Positions 1 through 14,146 of a DNA stretch of 64,000 bases are shown here, piece by piece (the stretch's first letter is position 1; every line of letters begins with the position of its first letter). The position numbers were made by a program, and so were the translations under genes. The notes beneath the pieces are model-generated. The model saw only the letters and a program-made list of their open reading frames with translations. It made no database searches and was not told the origin of the DNA. Source of the DNA: Eledone cirrhosa (taxonomy: Eukaryota); NCBI GenBank assembly GCA_964016885.1, contig OZ024743.1, positions 30,876,001-30,940,000 of the forward strand. Direction: 5' to 3'.

Positions 1-45
1 TGCAAAGTTTGATGCGGTATGGTTTATTTTCTTAGCCCTCGCAAC

Positions 46-425
46 AATGGTTTCTTATATAGGCACAAGGCCAACGATTTTGAGGGAGGTTAAAGTCGAT
101 TAAATCGACGCCAGTGCGTGACTGGTACTTTATTATATAGACACCGTAAGGATTAAAGTCAAAGTTAATCTCGGCGGAATTTGAACTCAGACTGTAAAGG
201 ACCGTAACTCTGTGCTACAAAGCATGGTACCCGACCTTGTACCGATACTGCCAATCCACCACCCTCACAATAATTGTTCTTACTTTTGGCACAAGGCCAG
301 CAATTACCCAGTGCATTACTGGTACTTCATTGTATCGACCCCGTAAGGATTAAAGGCAAAGTTAACCTTGGCGGGATTTGAACTCAGAATGGCAAGGGCC
401 GTAACTGAGTTCAAATCCCACCCTC
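46..425 (-). mobile_element. Two tandem copies of tRNA-derived SINE family A (46-264 near full length; 274-425 partial)
   Basis: Reverse complement has an A-box-like TGGCAGTATCGG, B-box GAGTTCAAAT and the core (A/G)ACTTTG(A/C)CTTT..TCCTTACGG.GTC.AT..AAT.AAGTACCAGT. The same unit recurs more than 12 times in the window. The core resembles the Meta-SINE central domain (recalled, not searched). Confidence 0.85.
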
Positions 426-634
426 ACAATAATGCAATTGTGTTTGTCTTATTCGCGCCATTTATCAATATTGTACTTCTCAAGTCAGCGAATACTAGGT
501 TGTTATAGTTGCGGGTTCCTGAATCACACCAAGCAACAAACCATCATATCCGGTGGCCTTATCTCTCTTCTCCAACTGCGACCCGTTCTCTAGCAGAACA
601 TCTCAGCTGAAAATCGGGTAATCAGATTGTTAAT

Positions 635-800
635 ATTCATCTATCTGTTGATCTATCTATGGATATATATCTTGATCAATCGATCGATGTATCTGTTGAT
701 ACATCTATCGATTTATTTGTCGACTTATATATCGATGTCATTGTTTATCCATATCTTGATATATCTGTTGATATATCTACGGAATTTGTTGATCCATCTA
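635..800. repeat. Degenerate short tandem repeat (ATCT/ATCTGTTGAT-like units)
   Basis: Repeated atctatctgttgat / atatatcttgat / atatatctgttgat units. Confidence 0.7.
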
Positions 801-1399
801 ACTCATCCACCCTATCGTATCTAGAGGATGTGATTCTGAAAGAATGGATTTAATAATTCCTTTCTTCTCTATATTCCTTTTAACGAATGGTGATTTTACA
901 AAAAGGAATGTACAAAATAAATAATATTATGAAACAAAAAACAAAGTAATTGAAAAATGCAGTAATTGTGTATATTGCTATACACATTTCTATCTGTTTA
1001 ACCCATATTTCCTATCTTAACATTCCAATCCAATCTCATTTACACATAGCTATTCTATCTACCACTAGCTATTTTATGTATCCTTCATTAACATTTCTAC
1101 CCTTAGATTACTCATTTATTTAACTATCTTGCCTATATGTCTAGTCAACGTATTAAGCACACTTTCGCAATTAGACTATTGTATATGTGTTTACAAATAC
1201 AAATATATTTATGAATGATTACTTGGTTACATTAACATTTTGGGAGAAGAATTACATATATCACTGGATATTTCATATGGACTGCATACAATATCTAAAA
1301 GCAGGGCGCCTTTGACAACATCTAACGTTTATATTACACTACTAGTAATTATATCCGACTCGGCCTCCAACCGTTTCCTCTCACCACAGTGTCGCCCAC

Positions 1400-1958
1400 C
1401 TGCCATGCCATGCTGCCGTCAACGAAGTCATAAAGCATGGCTTGGATGCTGCAGCCTTCCCCTCCCAGCTCGAGCCGGTGGGGCTGGATCGAGAGGACGG
1501 CAAAAGGCCAGACGGTATGACCATCTTCCAGTTCCGCTGTGGCAAACGCCTCGTCTGGGATGCCACTTGCAGGAACACTTTCTCTTGCCGAAACCTGGTG
1601 CAGCTTGCCACATACTGAGGTTCTGATGCACGTCAGGCTGAGGAGGCCAATCTCTCCAAGTACCAGTCGCTATCCGACAGGTTCGCGGTCGTGGAGTCTT
1701 CTGGTGTCCTTGACCCTCGGGCTACCTCACTACGCGCCACCATAGGCGCTGAGTTGGTCAGCCGCAGGTGTGAGCCTCGCGAGTTGGAATGGCTCTTCCA
1801 GCGCATATCCATTACCATTATCCGGGGAAATTCATTCTCCATTCTGTCCGACGGGGAGGTGGAGATGCCAGCACATGGGACCCAATTTTCTCACCATACG
1901 AAGAGATGGGGAGGGCGAAGAAAGATTCATGTTTACTTAGATTACTATTTTCTATTAT
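1400..1958 (+). mobile_element. 3' fragment of a CRE-clade non-LTR retrotransposon (restriction-like endonuclease domain), decayed
   Basis: Translates to CHAAVNEVIKHGLDAAAFPSQLEPVGLDREDGKRPDGMTIFQFRCGKRLVWDATCRNTF ... ESSGVLDP ... WLFQRISITIIRGNSFSIL. This matches the LEP.GL.R.DGKRPDG ... WD.TC and QR.S.AI.RGN motifs of CRE elements. It ends in a (CA)n(TA)n tract. Confidence 0.85.
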
Positions 1959-2129
<171 letters not shown>

Positions 2130-5100
2130 GATAGTTTAACTTGTGAAATGTCTTAAATAAATGCAGATAAACTAAAATTCGTGTATCCATAGTTTCAATG
2201 CAAAATTAGATGCAACGTTATCATTTATTCATTATACATTCCTTATAAATAATTTTATCCAGGTCCAGAATTACAGTATTAAAGGAAATGTCTAATATAT
2301 TTGTGAAAAACATATGAAGATATGATACTTGTTTATATACATTAATTTCAAGAAATAAACAACCCACTCATGTGAAAACAAAACAATGCACATAAAATCA
2401 ATGCAAATATGAATGATGATAATTTCTATAATCATGACCATTAAATATAAAATGAATAATTGATTCATCTGAATGAAACGAAATAAACACCTGGCCATCA
2501 ATTTATGAAATTTTAATTAATATTTGATAATTAATTAATTGAAGCTTTGATTAAATATTCCTTTGCTTGTCATTGTTTGCAGAATAAAGGGTTCAAAGAC
2601 TAATTGAACAAAGTAAATTTCAGATAATGTAGTCGGATGAAATGAGGTATTCTTTGAAATAGAACAAGAAATACATGTTTTATAATATTGCATATTTATT
2701 CTCATTAAGGCGATCGATACCTCAAACAAAATCTCTTCTTTATGCTCAGCTCTTACGATAAAATGGGAGCATTAATGTAACAAGATTTTTGTTTTTGCAA
2801 CATTTACATAGGAAACAAGACTCAAAACAGATACCGATAATAATTATGTCATTATTTAACATTTAATTTAAAATAAGCGAACTGCTTTACGGTATTACAG
2901 AGGAAGTTTAAGGATATAAAAGAATATAATGAAACAAACTACTGATGTATACTGATTATTCTGTTTCATACCCCATTGACAGACTTTGAACTATCGCACC
3001 CTTTTCAATAGTTTAAGTGAATATTGTGTGAACATTATATAACTTTATATCATTATCAATGAATTGTAATTAGACTCAGTTCATTAAGTTTATTTCAAAT
3101 ACAAAGGTTTCCTTTATTTCCAATTCACATCAAATCTTAAATGGTCCTGGTTTTTGTATGCATCATTTACATCTATTTATTAATATATAATTCATATCTC
3201 AGTTTATTGAGTCAAATTTTGAAACGATGATTTCCCAAGCACATAGAGTTCCTCATCCGAGAGTATTTGTGAAATAGAGAGATTCAGTCCAGAATGCACT
3301 GGTGTAACGATTCATCCAAATAGCAACGATGCAGCTTTCAGCGAAATTAGAAAGTCGAAATACACATGAAAAAGCAAACATGCACACACTATGCACCTAT
3401 GCACATATAGAGGGCCAATAAGATTTCGCATTAGAGAGATATAGCAATTGAATTAATGAGAGATTGTGTAAAATATTTCCTGAACGTCATAAAGTGTTTA
3501 ATCCTGCGCTTCTTAAAAGAATCTGAATATTACTTATATCTTTGTCATTCTTTGACAATCACGTGTATAATGTGTCAATACGAAAGCTCGTATATATAAT
3601 AGACCATGTTTTATACACAATAAAATTATTCCTGCATTTATGCAACCATTCTTGTCCATCTTATATGAAAATAAATTTGCCAACTGTGATTTCAGGATAA
3701 TTTTCTAAACAACAGGTAATCTGGTTGCGAAAGCTTAGTAACCAAACTATTCTATTGTTGGTGGATTGCTTCAAATTCATTATCATTAAACCAACTCTAG
3801 CATCATTGGTTGTTTCTTTTTATTAACGAACACGTATTCCAAAACTTCATAATCCTTCATCCAATTCCAGTTCATATACTCTCTCCGCCCTTCCAACATC
3901 TCAGGATTTGTAATTAGAGACATCATTGAGTTTGTCACCTCCTTTTGACTACATAAGGCTTCTATGTACTACACTTTTAACCAACGATGGGTTGGTGCAT
4001 TCAAAATTCTCTCAACACGCTTAGCATACATTTTACATACCACTACGATGTACTGTATCAAAACCAATCAAATACAAGAACATTGAAAATATGTGCATGC
4101 TGGTTTATGCATGAGTTTCAAATAAATTAATAAATGTGTGATGATCGCCTTTTGTAGGTAATTTTGAACAAGAAGATTGCTGTTGTCAACCAATATGGCT
4201 CCCGATGAAATATTACTCGTTGATTCTTAGACCGAATGGATGAGGTCAAAGACATAGACGCATAAAATTAATTGATCGTATCATACTCCTTTACCTCAAA
4301 ACGGAAGTTGCACTCTAACAATATACTCGATCCCTATTACTATAAGGTTTCTACTAGGATTCTTGCAAATTATTCTGATGAAATGAACACCCAATACTAC
4401 AATCTCTTTTATATCCATAACAAATATAAATATACACGCACCCCTATTCGACAAACATTCCCCTCCTATCATGTCACAGATACAGCGAATATGTCAATGA
4501 TATATTATATATTCCATTGGCGACTATCGGAAATCTGCTTTCTAGTCTTCCACCAGTTAGAGAATTTAGCGGCGATTTGCTGATCAAGAACGACTGTGAT
4601 TAAGAGTATTTCATTTTGTCTTTATAGTTAGGGCCCCTGGTAAAATCATTTCGGTACGGTGAACTGACATAAATTAGTTGGTAACAAATTATCTTTGGAG
4701 ATGTCTACTCATATATATATTTCCGGTAGTTTCTGCTGGACTGTAGCCCCATTAATAACAACCCGCTGTCACAGATGCGGAGGGTTATGTTTATCTGTCT
4801 ATACCCAGCTATCAAGCTGTGCCCCTCTATCGTCCTGGATTTCAGGGGAAAAGTGATCAAGCGCACAAAATACCTAGACATGAAAAGATCCTGTATGAAA
4901 TGAATGTCGCTGTTTAAAAATCTTTGAAAACGTTAGGTAGAACATGGCACAGATATTGTTTAAGAATACAAATACAGCAGGACTAAAAACAAATGCGTTA
5001 TATAGCTGGTTAGTTTGATTGTCGCATCACCATGTCGCCACAAACTACTTCTGATTACTTAAATATAGATATAAATATATTCTCATATGCAAAAAAGAAA

Positions 5101-5399
5101 TCTATATCCTCTTAAAATATGAACATTACGTAGTGCCATTCAAGAGGAAAGGCAGATAATTCTATAGAAATCGAAGCATAATTCGTTTAATTCCTCTACA
5201 AAATGAGAAGATGTTTCTATTCTTCATGTAATTATAGGTATTATGTGGCGTCAAATGCCACAGAAGATGTCGATATCAGAGAATAATGTCCGGGTAAATT
5301 CAGTTACATAATACAATGTACATACCAAGAAGATAAATTAATTATTCTTGCTAAAGCCTTTAGGAGAATTTTTGCAAGAGAGTACTCAGGAACTGAATT

Positions 5400-6560
5400 T
5401 CCAGTTGAATGTCATCCAGAAATATTGAAAACATATTAGATAGACTTCAAGTCTGCTGATTTTGTTTCTACTTCATGTGTGTAATACCTTTGAAAGCTAT
5501 ATAACAATCGGGAAGTAGCAGTGGTCTGTTTTCATTTCTTATTCAATTAGTTGTTTATAGTTAGCATTAAACCAAATATAGAGGTCTTCGTGAAAAGAAC
5601 CCTGAATAAAAAGATTATGAATCATGCAAGGGGTACATTTTCTATAGATCTAAATATACTAAAATTATTTCTTATATCCGTCAACATTGCTGGCTCAGAC
5701 TCAGAACTCTGGGGGATTACATGGAACAAAGAATGTTATATTCACTATACGTATTAATCTATCCCCATAGCTTACAATTATTTCAGCAGTTTCAGATACT
5801 ATACTAGACGTGTTAAGAGGTCTGAAGAACGTGTCCCACAGTATGTGCAGTCTTAAAGAACTAGAGAATCACATATAACACTTCTCTACCGCATGCATTT
5901 CTGGTACAACCAAAGAATCAGGATCAGTGTATAGAAGGTAGCTAGTTCAGGATTAAAAATGTGAACAGAATAGAGGGATTACGAGAAACAAGATAGTGTA
6001 AACTCACGGTATGGCAACAAAGGCTTCTGTTAGACTATGCTATCTCTAGATGCAAATTTGTCTATAGATTTCCGAGAGATTTTGCTGAAATAAAACTGAA
6101 CCTATACGTAATATAAAAAGCAGGAATTCCCATAATATCTCTGATCAGAAGAACTTACTCATTAAAGAAAACCCCTTGTATAGAGAGTAATTGACTAACA
6201 TATAATGACGGGTTAAATACAAACTGTGAAACTAGACACAATGTATATAGCATAAGGTGAAGCGGACAGAAGGAAAAATGGAGAGGCATGACCATGGAAA
6301 TCATAGGAGCAACGACTCGCTGTATATGAGAAAGGGTGAAGGAATACTTGCCTGAAAGGAAAGACACAACAAACTGTTCAGTGCTCTGCCAGCATGCCAA
6401 CATATAACAACTGGTTAGCTAGAAAGAATTGAAATACATTTATTAATCTCATACTGAGCAGACAGATTAAGAAAACCATGCATATAAGATTAAGAAAACC
6501 GCCCTACAAAGAAGAGCAAAACAATAAAGCGTAAACCCACTATTGCTAGAAGAGAGGAAT
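5400..6560 (+). pseudogene. Heavily decayed PLE: RT thumb remnants and GIY-YIG endonuclease, same family as 8940-9768 and 38286-39628
   Basis: 6118-6410 reads KAGIPIISLIRRTYSLKKTPCIESN*LTYNDGLNTNCETRHNVYSIR*SGQ...IIGATTRCI*ERVKEY...SVLCQHA, collinear with RCTNSKCIICEVNPRINCKTRNVVYSIRC...YIGET at about 39.1 kb. The upstream limit is approximate. Confidence 0.65.
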
Positions 6561-8125
6561 AGATAATTAAGAATTGAAAATTAAATATTACAAGTGAATG
6601 ACAACCCGGTTACTAAATTAAACGAGGAATGAATTAAGTTCCTGGCTAATAATAAAAATCACATGATGCGTGATTTAGTAGTAATTCGAACCTCCCAAAG
6701 TATAACAATACTTTTCAAAAATATCTTCCGAAGATTATGAAATGGATTTTGTGAGGTATTTTATTACATTTGGATTAAATTTGATAATTATCGACGCAGT
6801 TCAAATTTTAGAATAGTATTTCATATCATTTTAATTCAATTTTTCGTTTACCAACAGTTTTTTGGGGGGCGGAATTGAAAACGGTTTAAGTAAGATATAC
6901 ATTACATATTGTTTTAAATATATTTCCACAGGTTGAAATAAATATACTCTAATAGGTTTTTCTTTTCGTCGTTTGTTACTTATTCAGTCTGGCTCAAAGT
7001 AGAGGAATTTGCGGTGCAGAAATAAACGCAACCCATTGCAATTTTTCGTTTTCTTTGATGTTATTAATATTGTCATCAATCTTCTTCTTGGTCAAAGGGT
7101 TACTGAATTCAATTATTTTCATATATGTGATCTTTTCCAGCACCATATTCTCAATTCATCAACTAATTTATAATTTAATTGATAAAGATTCTGAAGTATT
7201 AAAATTTCAAGAAAAAAGGTAACATAAAATCTTTTCAGAATATTATGGATTGACTTTGAAAATAAATTAGGGATTTTAAACGGCGCCGTCCACCGACAAT
7301 TTGCAATTAATTTCAAGTGTATTGAATTTAGTGCATTCCACATAAATTATTACAGTGTAATGTTGTCAATACAATCTTATTAAATTCCATCTTATGAGAG
7401 GAAATTAAAGATTTTACTTTGAAAACGGAAGATGGAAAATTAAATAGCTGAAAACGATACAAAGAACTACTTTGAAATAGGCCTCTATGAACTGACAGAC
7501 ATCATTTCAATTCAAAGTACCGTATCAGGAATAGAGGGTGAATTCCGTTTTATTCCGTTAATAGAGAATGCGTTTCCTATATCAACCAACATCTACAATT
7601 CCTGAAATAACTTGTTATTTTTCATCCGAAGAATGTAGGATTGGATGTGACAATAGATTACCGGACAAGGCTGAGCTATATTTGGAATCGCGCCAAAAAT
7701 CCCTACATAAACATGCCACCCCCCACCCCCCGCTCGAACTTCACACAATTGCCTACGTCGTACCTTCCGACTGATGTCTACTGCCCAATCGTGACGGACT
7801 TACGACAGGTACCATCTTCCCACAATCTACTCTGCGTGCAGAATTACCACTTCTTTGCCAGCCGTGGTTGTGGCAATACTAAGCTTAGCTAAGGCGTTCC
7901 AATTACCCCCACCCCGCTTAACGCCCTTGCTTCACCCCCACCCAACTCCCCAACCGGTTAGGACGTTTCTATTTTCTTTTTTAAAATTTGTCTTTCTCAT
8001 TACATAGACATCGTGCACATTGTTCTAGGGTGGGTGAGAAATACGACGTGGAGTTGCTCCTTACTTAACATTATACATTAGTGGAGCGAGTGAAATAAAG
8101 TCGATGTGCCCACACACACAAGCGA

Positions 8126-8193
<68 letters not shown>

Positions 8194-8197
<4 letters not shown>

Positions 8198-8886
8198 AAT
8201 ATGGGTGAGAAGAATACTGATGGTTGCACATGGATAACATGTTATAAAATGAGTCCCTCATCAGTGATTTACCAAACGATCATGGGTATTTCATCGCATT
8301 AAAAATCATATACCTCACGTTGGAGCGATAATAACTAAAATAAGTTATTAGGACAATAGAAACGCGTAAAGCGAGATAGACAAGTAAACAACACAGGGGG
8401 AAGCTAACAGAAGATGGAAATAAACACAAGCAACATAGTTATTATTTCAGCATAAGCTGTGTGAAAATATGTGCGAGTCAGAAACAGACCTTTCGCTAGT
8501 GAATTTGGTGTTAGAAAGAAGGAAAACCGTTTTCACAGCGAACGGGAGGAAGAAAGAAGGGGAGAAACAGGGACTGAGTGAGTGGGAGTGCGAGGAAGAG
8601 GTCAGTAGAGAGAAAGTGTTAACTGACATGGCAGACGAAAGAAAGTAAGAGAAACAGAGAGAACGAGGGAGCAGTAAGAGAGAAAGAGAGAAACACAGAA
8701 TTACAGTTTGGGTAAATATATGAAAACTATGGGTGAGAAGAATACTGCTGGTTGCACATGGATAACATGTATTAAAATGAGTCCCTCATCAGTGGTTTAC
8801 CAAACGATCATGGGTATTTCATCGCATTAAAAATCATATACCTCACGTTGGAGCGATAATAACTAAAATAAGTTATTAGGACAATA
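8194..8886. mobile_element. Small non-coding element with about 165-bp direct terminal repeats (8194-8358 and 8722-8886) in (TA)n
   Basis: Two near-identical copies of gaaaa.tatgggtgagaagaatactg...aagttattaggacaata flank a purine-rich 360-bp interior, with TA microsatellite on both sides. Confidence 0.7.
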
Positions 8887-8889
8887 TAA

Positions 8890-8939
<50 letters not shown>

Positions 8940-8941
<2 letters not shown>

Positions 8942-9768
8942 CGTTTCTGTATTCGTTTAGCAAGATTCTTCATCTCAAAACGTGGGTTGAGACCGGTATT
9001 GTTATGCTTTGGCTGGGTCATGTTGACAATAAGAAACAGACGCACCAGTTGCTTTCACGCCAATTTATTATAAATCATATGTACACTATATTCTAAGAAT
9101 ATAGTGTACATAGGTGAGACACCTCGTAGTATAGGAGAACGGATACATGAACACTGGCGAGAGTTACAAGATAGTAAAGAATCATTTGTACTCCACCAAC
9201 ATGCTAAAATAGAACATAAGGGTAAATTAGAGAACATAGAAATAAAAATATAATCTACACACAGAAAAGACGCAATGTTTAGACAAATCACAGAGGCAAT
9301 AAACATAAATGAACTCAAACCAAAATTAAATAGAAAACATGAATGGAATAGCAACCTCACAACTTACAATTAAGGACAAAATGAAAACACACACACAGAT
9401 AGAACAAACAACCAACCAGTAACATGTAAATAAACAAATAAATAAACAAATATAAACACACACAGACACCCGGATGTAACACATGCGCAAACTAAGCACA
9501 CAACACACACAAAAACAAGATGGCGTAGGACAGAACAAAGGAGAGGCACAAAAACAAAGAAAATAATCCCAGTCACTGAAGAGGTCACATACTGTGTGAC
9601 GAAAGAATTTTGACAATATATGAACAATCGTCTGGTTGTGGAACCAACCAACCAACCGGGAATTTATATATTCTTAAATTTATAAATGTAATTTGTAATA
9701 AATTGGAGTGAAAGAAACTGGTGCGTGTCTTTCTTATTGGCAACATGACCCTCCCAAAGCATAACAAT
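8940..9768 (+). mobile_element. Truncated fold-back PLE: tail, short inverted arm, GIY-YIG C-terminus, 3' UTR with HHR
   Basis: 9096-9352 reads KNIVYIGETPRSIGERIHEHWRELQDSKESFVLHQHAKIEH...RQITEAININELKPKLNRKHEWNS with one stop. 8997-9070 is an inverted copy of 9696-9768. Flanked by (TA)n. Confidence 0.85.
9572..9614 (+). ncRNA. Minimal type I hammerhead ribozyme motif
   Basis: gtca CTGAAGA g gtcacat act gtgtgac GAAA gaattt tgac. Stem I gtca/tgac, stem II gtcacat/gtgtgac (one G-U), weak stem III. Confidence 0.6.
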
Positions 9769-10146
9769 ATATATATATACATATATATATTTATATATAT
9801 ATATATATTTATACTTGCATACACACACACGCACATATATATAATATATATAGATATCCTGACTGCAGTTTCTCTAAGTTATCGTAATATTGTGAGTATT
9901 GTGAGCGCCTTACCTCATCAGGGAACTGAATGTATACAGTTTGTCTTCTCTATAAACGTTTTACCATAACATTTATACCATGACCATTTAAATATCTTGT
10001 TGCTTGTACATGAATATATTTGCAACCGTATGTTTGCAACTATGTTTCCTATTTCATATTCAACATTTCATCTATTTATGCATTTTCAGTCATCACTAGT
10101 AAATGTTGAGATGACTTATTCTTATATCAGCAATATTATTATTACT

Positions 10147-10565
10147 GGATTGGCAGTATCGGTAGGGCGTCGGACAGCATGCTTTGCAGCATAGAGTTAC
10201 GGCCCTTTATGATGCCAGTTTAAATCCTGCTGAGGTTAACTTTGCCTCTCATCCTTACGGGGGTCGATAAAATAAAGTACCAGTCAAGCATGGGTTCGAT
10301 GTAATCGACTTTCCCCTCCCCACAAATGTGTTGGACTTGTGCCTATATAAGGGACCATTGGCAGATTGGCTAACTTGGTCGATTGGCAGTATTGGTAGAG
10401 GGTATGACGCGATGCCTTGCAGCAAAATTTACGGCCCTTTATGGTCTGAGTTCAAATCCTCCCGAGGTTAACTTTTCCTTTCATCCTTACGGGGTCGATA
10501 AAATAATGCACCAGTTATACACTGGGATAATTTCTGGCCTTGTGCCAAATGTAAAAACCATTATT
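10147..10565 (+). mobile_element. Two tandem SINE family A copies
   Basis: ggattggcagtatcggtag head, conserved core and ATT-rich tail, twice. Confidence 0.85.
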
Positions 10566-11396
10566 ATTATTAGTACTAGTAATATTAGTAGCAGCAACTG
10601 TAGTAGTTGGAAGTATTTTTTTGTATTACATTGACAAGTGCATGATTTCTTGGGATTCTCGCATGAAAGATACGTAATCGGATTGTATGAAGCAATGGCA
10701 GTAAGGAAGTCGCCATTGAATGTTCTCTCCTCTGTTTTGTTCAATTTCGCTCCTGACTCACAAAATCATGTACATTATATAAAAAGAAATAGTAGTTCCA
10801 AAACATAATGGATGGTTTACAGCCTAGCTTAAATCAACAGTAGTCTTATCTTACAAGAACATAAATTAAACACCTTTTCCCTACAGGAAATTAGAAACCT
10901 GAAAGACTTGAAACATATTTCAGCTGACCAACGTGACTTTCAATATGAAACGAAAGATTTAAATCGCAAGTTTCATGAATGCAATTGTTATATCAAGCAT
11001 AAAATTGCGACAATTTATAGTAGGCTTCAAGAACACACACGCGCGCACGCGCATGCACACATGCACACACACACACACACACGCACACACACATACACAC
11101 ACACACACACACTCACATACACACATATACATACACAAACTTACATACACACATAAATACATGCATATATATATTCACAGTTGTGAATATATAGTATATA
11201 AATATATATATAATATTCGATATTTATACAATTTTTGTCATGTTAATTTACCGAAATACACATAATGTGAAGTCTGCAGATGATGGAACACACTACTTTC
11301 ATTTGAGGTGAACTAATTATGAATTGTATTGAGATTTACAGTCAGGTACGCGCTAACTAGTGTAGCCATGAAGATTAGATAAGTGGTCTGGAAGAG

Positions 11397-11482
<86 letters not shown>

Positions 11483-11994
11483 GTATATATATGTATGTGT
11501 GTGTGTGTGTATATGTACAATATATATATATATAAATATATATATACATATATGTATTAAAATAACAGATTAAAGTTTAATCAAAGAATCGCTGCGTTCA
11601 CCTTTAACGGGATCTTCTGAAACTAAAAACGTCAATCTGTGAACGCAGAAGTAAATATTTCAAAAAACGTTGCAACCGAAGGAAGACAGGAAGACGATAC
11701 TTTGGTTTGTGGAAACGTTCCCTGGCAAAAAAACGGAAAAAAGCGAAGATAGTACGTCATTATTGGGTGCGATGAAAATAATTACACGCAAAAGCAAAAC
11801 CACGTTTAGAGAAGTCGTAGACTAATGTTCTCTTAGGTGCTTCATGGAGACGTTCTCTGGCATTGAACGAAAAAAACGAAGATAATACGTCATTATGTGG
11901 AGCGGTTCTTATATATCTGATATATATATTTAGCCTTATCGAGCCCTCTTTGGATTTAGTCTTCAAATTTCTTATTATTACTATATATATTACC

Positions 11995-12122
11995 CCCTTT
12001 TATGATCTGAGTTCAAGTCCCGCCGAGGTTGACTTTGCCTTTCATCCTTACAGTGTCGATAAATAAAGTACGAGTAATGCACTGAGATAATTGCTTGCCA
12101 GGTGCAAAAAGTAGGAACAATT
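11995..12122 (+). mobile_element. 5'-truncated SINE family A
   Basis: ctgagttcaagtcccgccgaggttgactttgcctttcatcctta core. Confidence 0.8.
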
Positions 12123-12172
12123 ATTACTATATATATATATATATATATATAGATATAATGAGAAAATATATA

Positions 12173-12354
12173 GCTTTCACCGTATTTTAACTAAAGAAAT
12201 TTTAGCTTGATAACGGGGTTTAGAACCCTCAGATAAATGGAAAAAGATGAGTATTGACGTACATGTACGTCAATACTCATCTTTTTCCATTTATCTGAGG
12301 GTTCTAAACCCCGTTATCAAGCTAAAATTTCTTTAGTTAAAATACGGTGAAAGC
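12173..12354. repeat. Perfect 182-bp palindrome (91-bp arms, no spacer)
   Basis: Arms compared base by base are exact reverse complements. The centre gacgtaca|tgtacgtc lies at 12263/12264. Confidence 0.97.
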
Positions 12355-13402
12355 CAAGGAGCTTTTCCAGACCATGATACATTCTACAAGCATGGAAGTA
12401 ATGATGAAACCATCGTACAAGTACTCATCATGTGTCCGAGTATTGCTGACCTATGGGTTTATGGCGAACACCTGTAGTAACGTGTGGGACGGATCCGACT
12501 TCCAACTGAGTCTATTGCGATCACCGTCCCTCCGTCTACCTTCATAGGAAAAGGAGATGCAATATATATTTGCCTTGCAGCTATGGTGAAAGAGGTCTTG
12601 TGACAGATACGTTTTAAAGGATTGAAGTCAAGCACTTTCCCTTTTTGCAAAGCCCTGCTTAATTATTTCAGGTTTCACTTAAAGACGTAAATCCGGCTGG
12701 AATATTAATGTTACCTTCAAGCCACTATGTAGACATGTCGGTGAAAGTGGCGAGCATGGTCTGTTTGAATGCGACTGCTTTGAGCATGCACCTGTAGATT
12801 TGAGAACAATTAGGAGGAGGCACTTACTCTAGCTGTCAGGGTGACGGTGGCATTTGTTGGCTTTATTACCTAGTGACCCTCGGAGTATTCACATTATTGA
12901 GGTATTTGTTGTTAGAAATGTTTAATGATTATTTTCTTAGTCTCTGTTATACGTCTTATTTTACACACACAACTCACACAGTACCCTCCTATGTTGTCCT
13001 GTGCAGTCACCATTATTTTCTTAATGTGAGGGCTTTGTGTCTAATGAAGAACTCATTATTATAATGGCCCATGTGAATGGGCCTCCTCTGACCATGTGCC
13101 TATAGGCTAGCTAATTTCTAGGAGGAAAGGGGTGCTCTCTCTGGGTGCAGTAGAAGCGTAGTGTGGTTCAGGATTGGTGGGTTACCTGAGTCACCCCTGA
13201 GTCCTCCACCACCCTATAGGGGTATTTATTTTGTTACATTTATGTATAGTTTATTTTATATTTTTATATCTTCATTGTTAAATTAGTCTTGGCATTGTAC
13301 CTTTTTATCGACCTTATTGTAAAGCCCCACTGTGTGTCTTTGTATTGTACGCTACTTGTCGGGCCTAGTGGCCATTAAATGAAATCATTATTATTATTAT
13401 TA
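12355..13402 (+). mobile_element. Decayed 3' end of an L1/Tx1-like LINE
   Basis: Reads HGSNDETIVQVLIMCPSIADLWVYGEHL, a degenerate C-terminal zinc-knuckle region (ET..H....CP....LW). It is followed by a long 3' UTR ending in ggccattaaatgaaatc(att)n. Confidence 0.6.
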
Positions 13403-13404
13403 GG

Positions 13405-13612
13405 TTGGTGGCAACGCAATGTGGGTAGATCGTAGGACACTTTGCTTTGTGCCAGAGTGTTACCTTCTGAGTACAAATCCCGCGGAGTTTAAATTTGCCT
13501 TTTACCCTTACAGGGTCAATAAAATAACTTTAACACACTGAGGTTGATTTAATCGAAGTTTCCCCTTCACTTCAATTTACTGTCTTTGTGCAAAATGTAG
13601 AAACTATTATTA
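13405..13612 (+). mobile_element. Diverged SINE family A copy
   Basis: ctgagtacaaatcccgcggagtttaaatttgccttttacccttacagggtcaataaaataa matches the SINE core. Confidence 0.7.
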
Positions 13613-13909
13613 TTATTCATTTTTGTTTCCTCCAAAATTGCTGGCCTTAAGCCTAAATAAGAGACCACCATTATTCATTTTTCGCTGTCATTTATACTTT
13701 ACTCGCGTTATTTTTGTACACTATTCTACGTGTTTTTCTTCTGATATTTTCCTTTCACAGCCATCATTTTCTTTTTCTATTTTCTGTCCAGTTTCCACAT
13801 GTTATCCCTTCTTCATTCCCATTTTCTAAATTTTTATCTATCAATCTCTGTCTCTATGTATCTCTCACTCTCACTGCCTCTCTCTCATAATCTCTTTCTC
13901 TCTCTCCCT

Positions 13910-13940
<31 letters not shown>

Positions 13941-14146
13941 GTATTAATTGTACTATTTATGGTTATGAAAATACAAAAACATTTTGCAGTTATATGTATT
14001 TTTATACACACCCTAAATAGTGGTAGGCAGTAATGTATTACTACCTTATTATCAGTAAGTTAAGTAGCTCAATGTAAAAACATCAGATGATTTACAGAGC
14101 AGTTATATGAAGTATAAGAATCAAAGAACTGTTCAAAACATTATTG

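Noticed and set aside
2430-4900. Possible decayed transposon coding sequence on the - strand
   Set aside because: Only vague hints, such as a VCQ..K-like word. No chain of motifs could be assembled.
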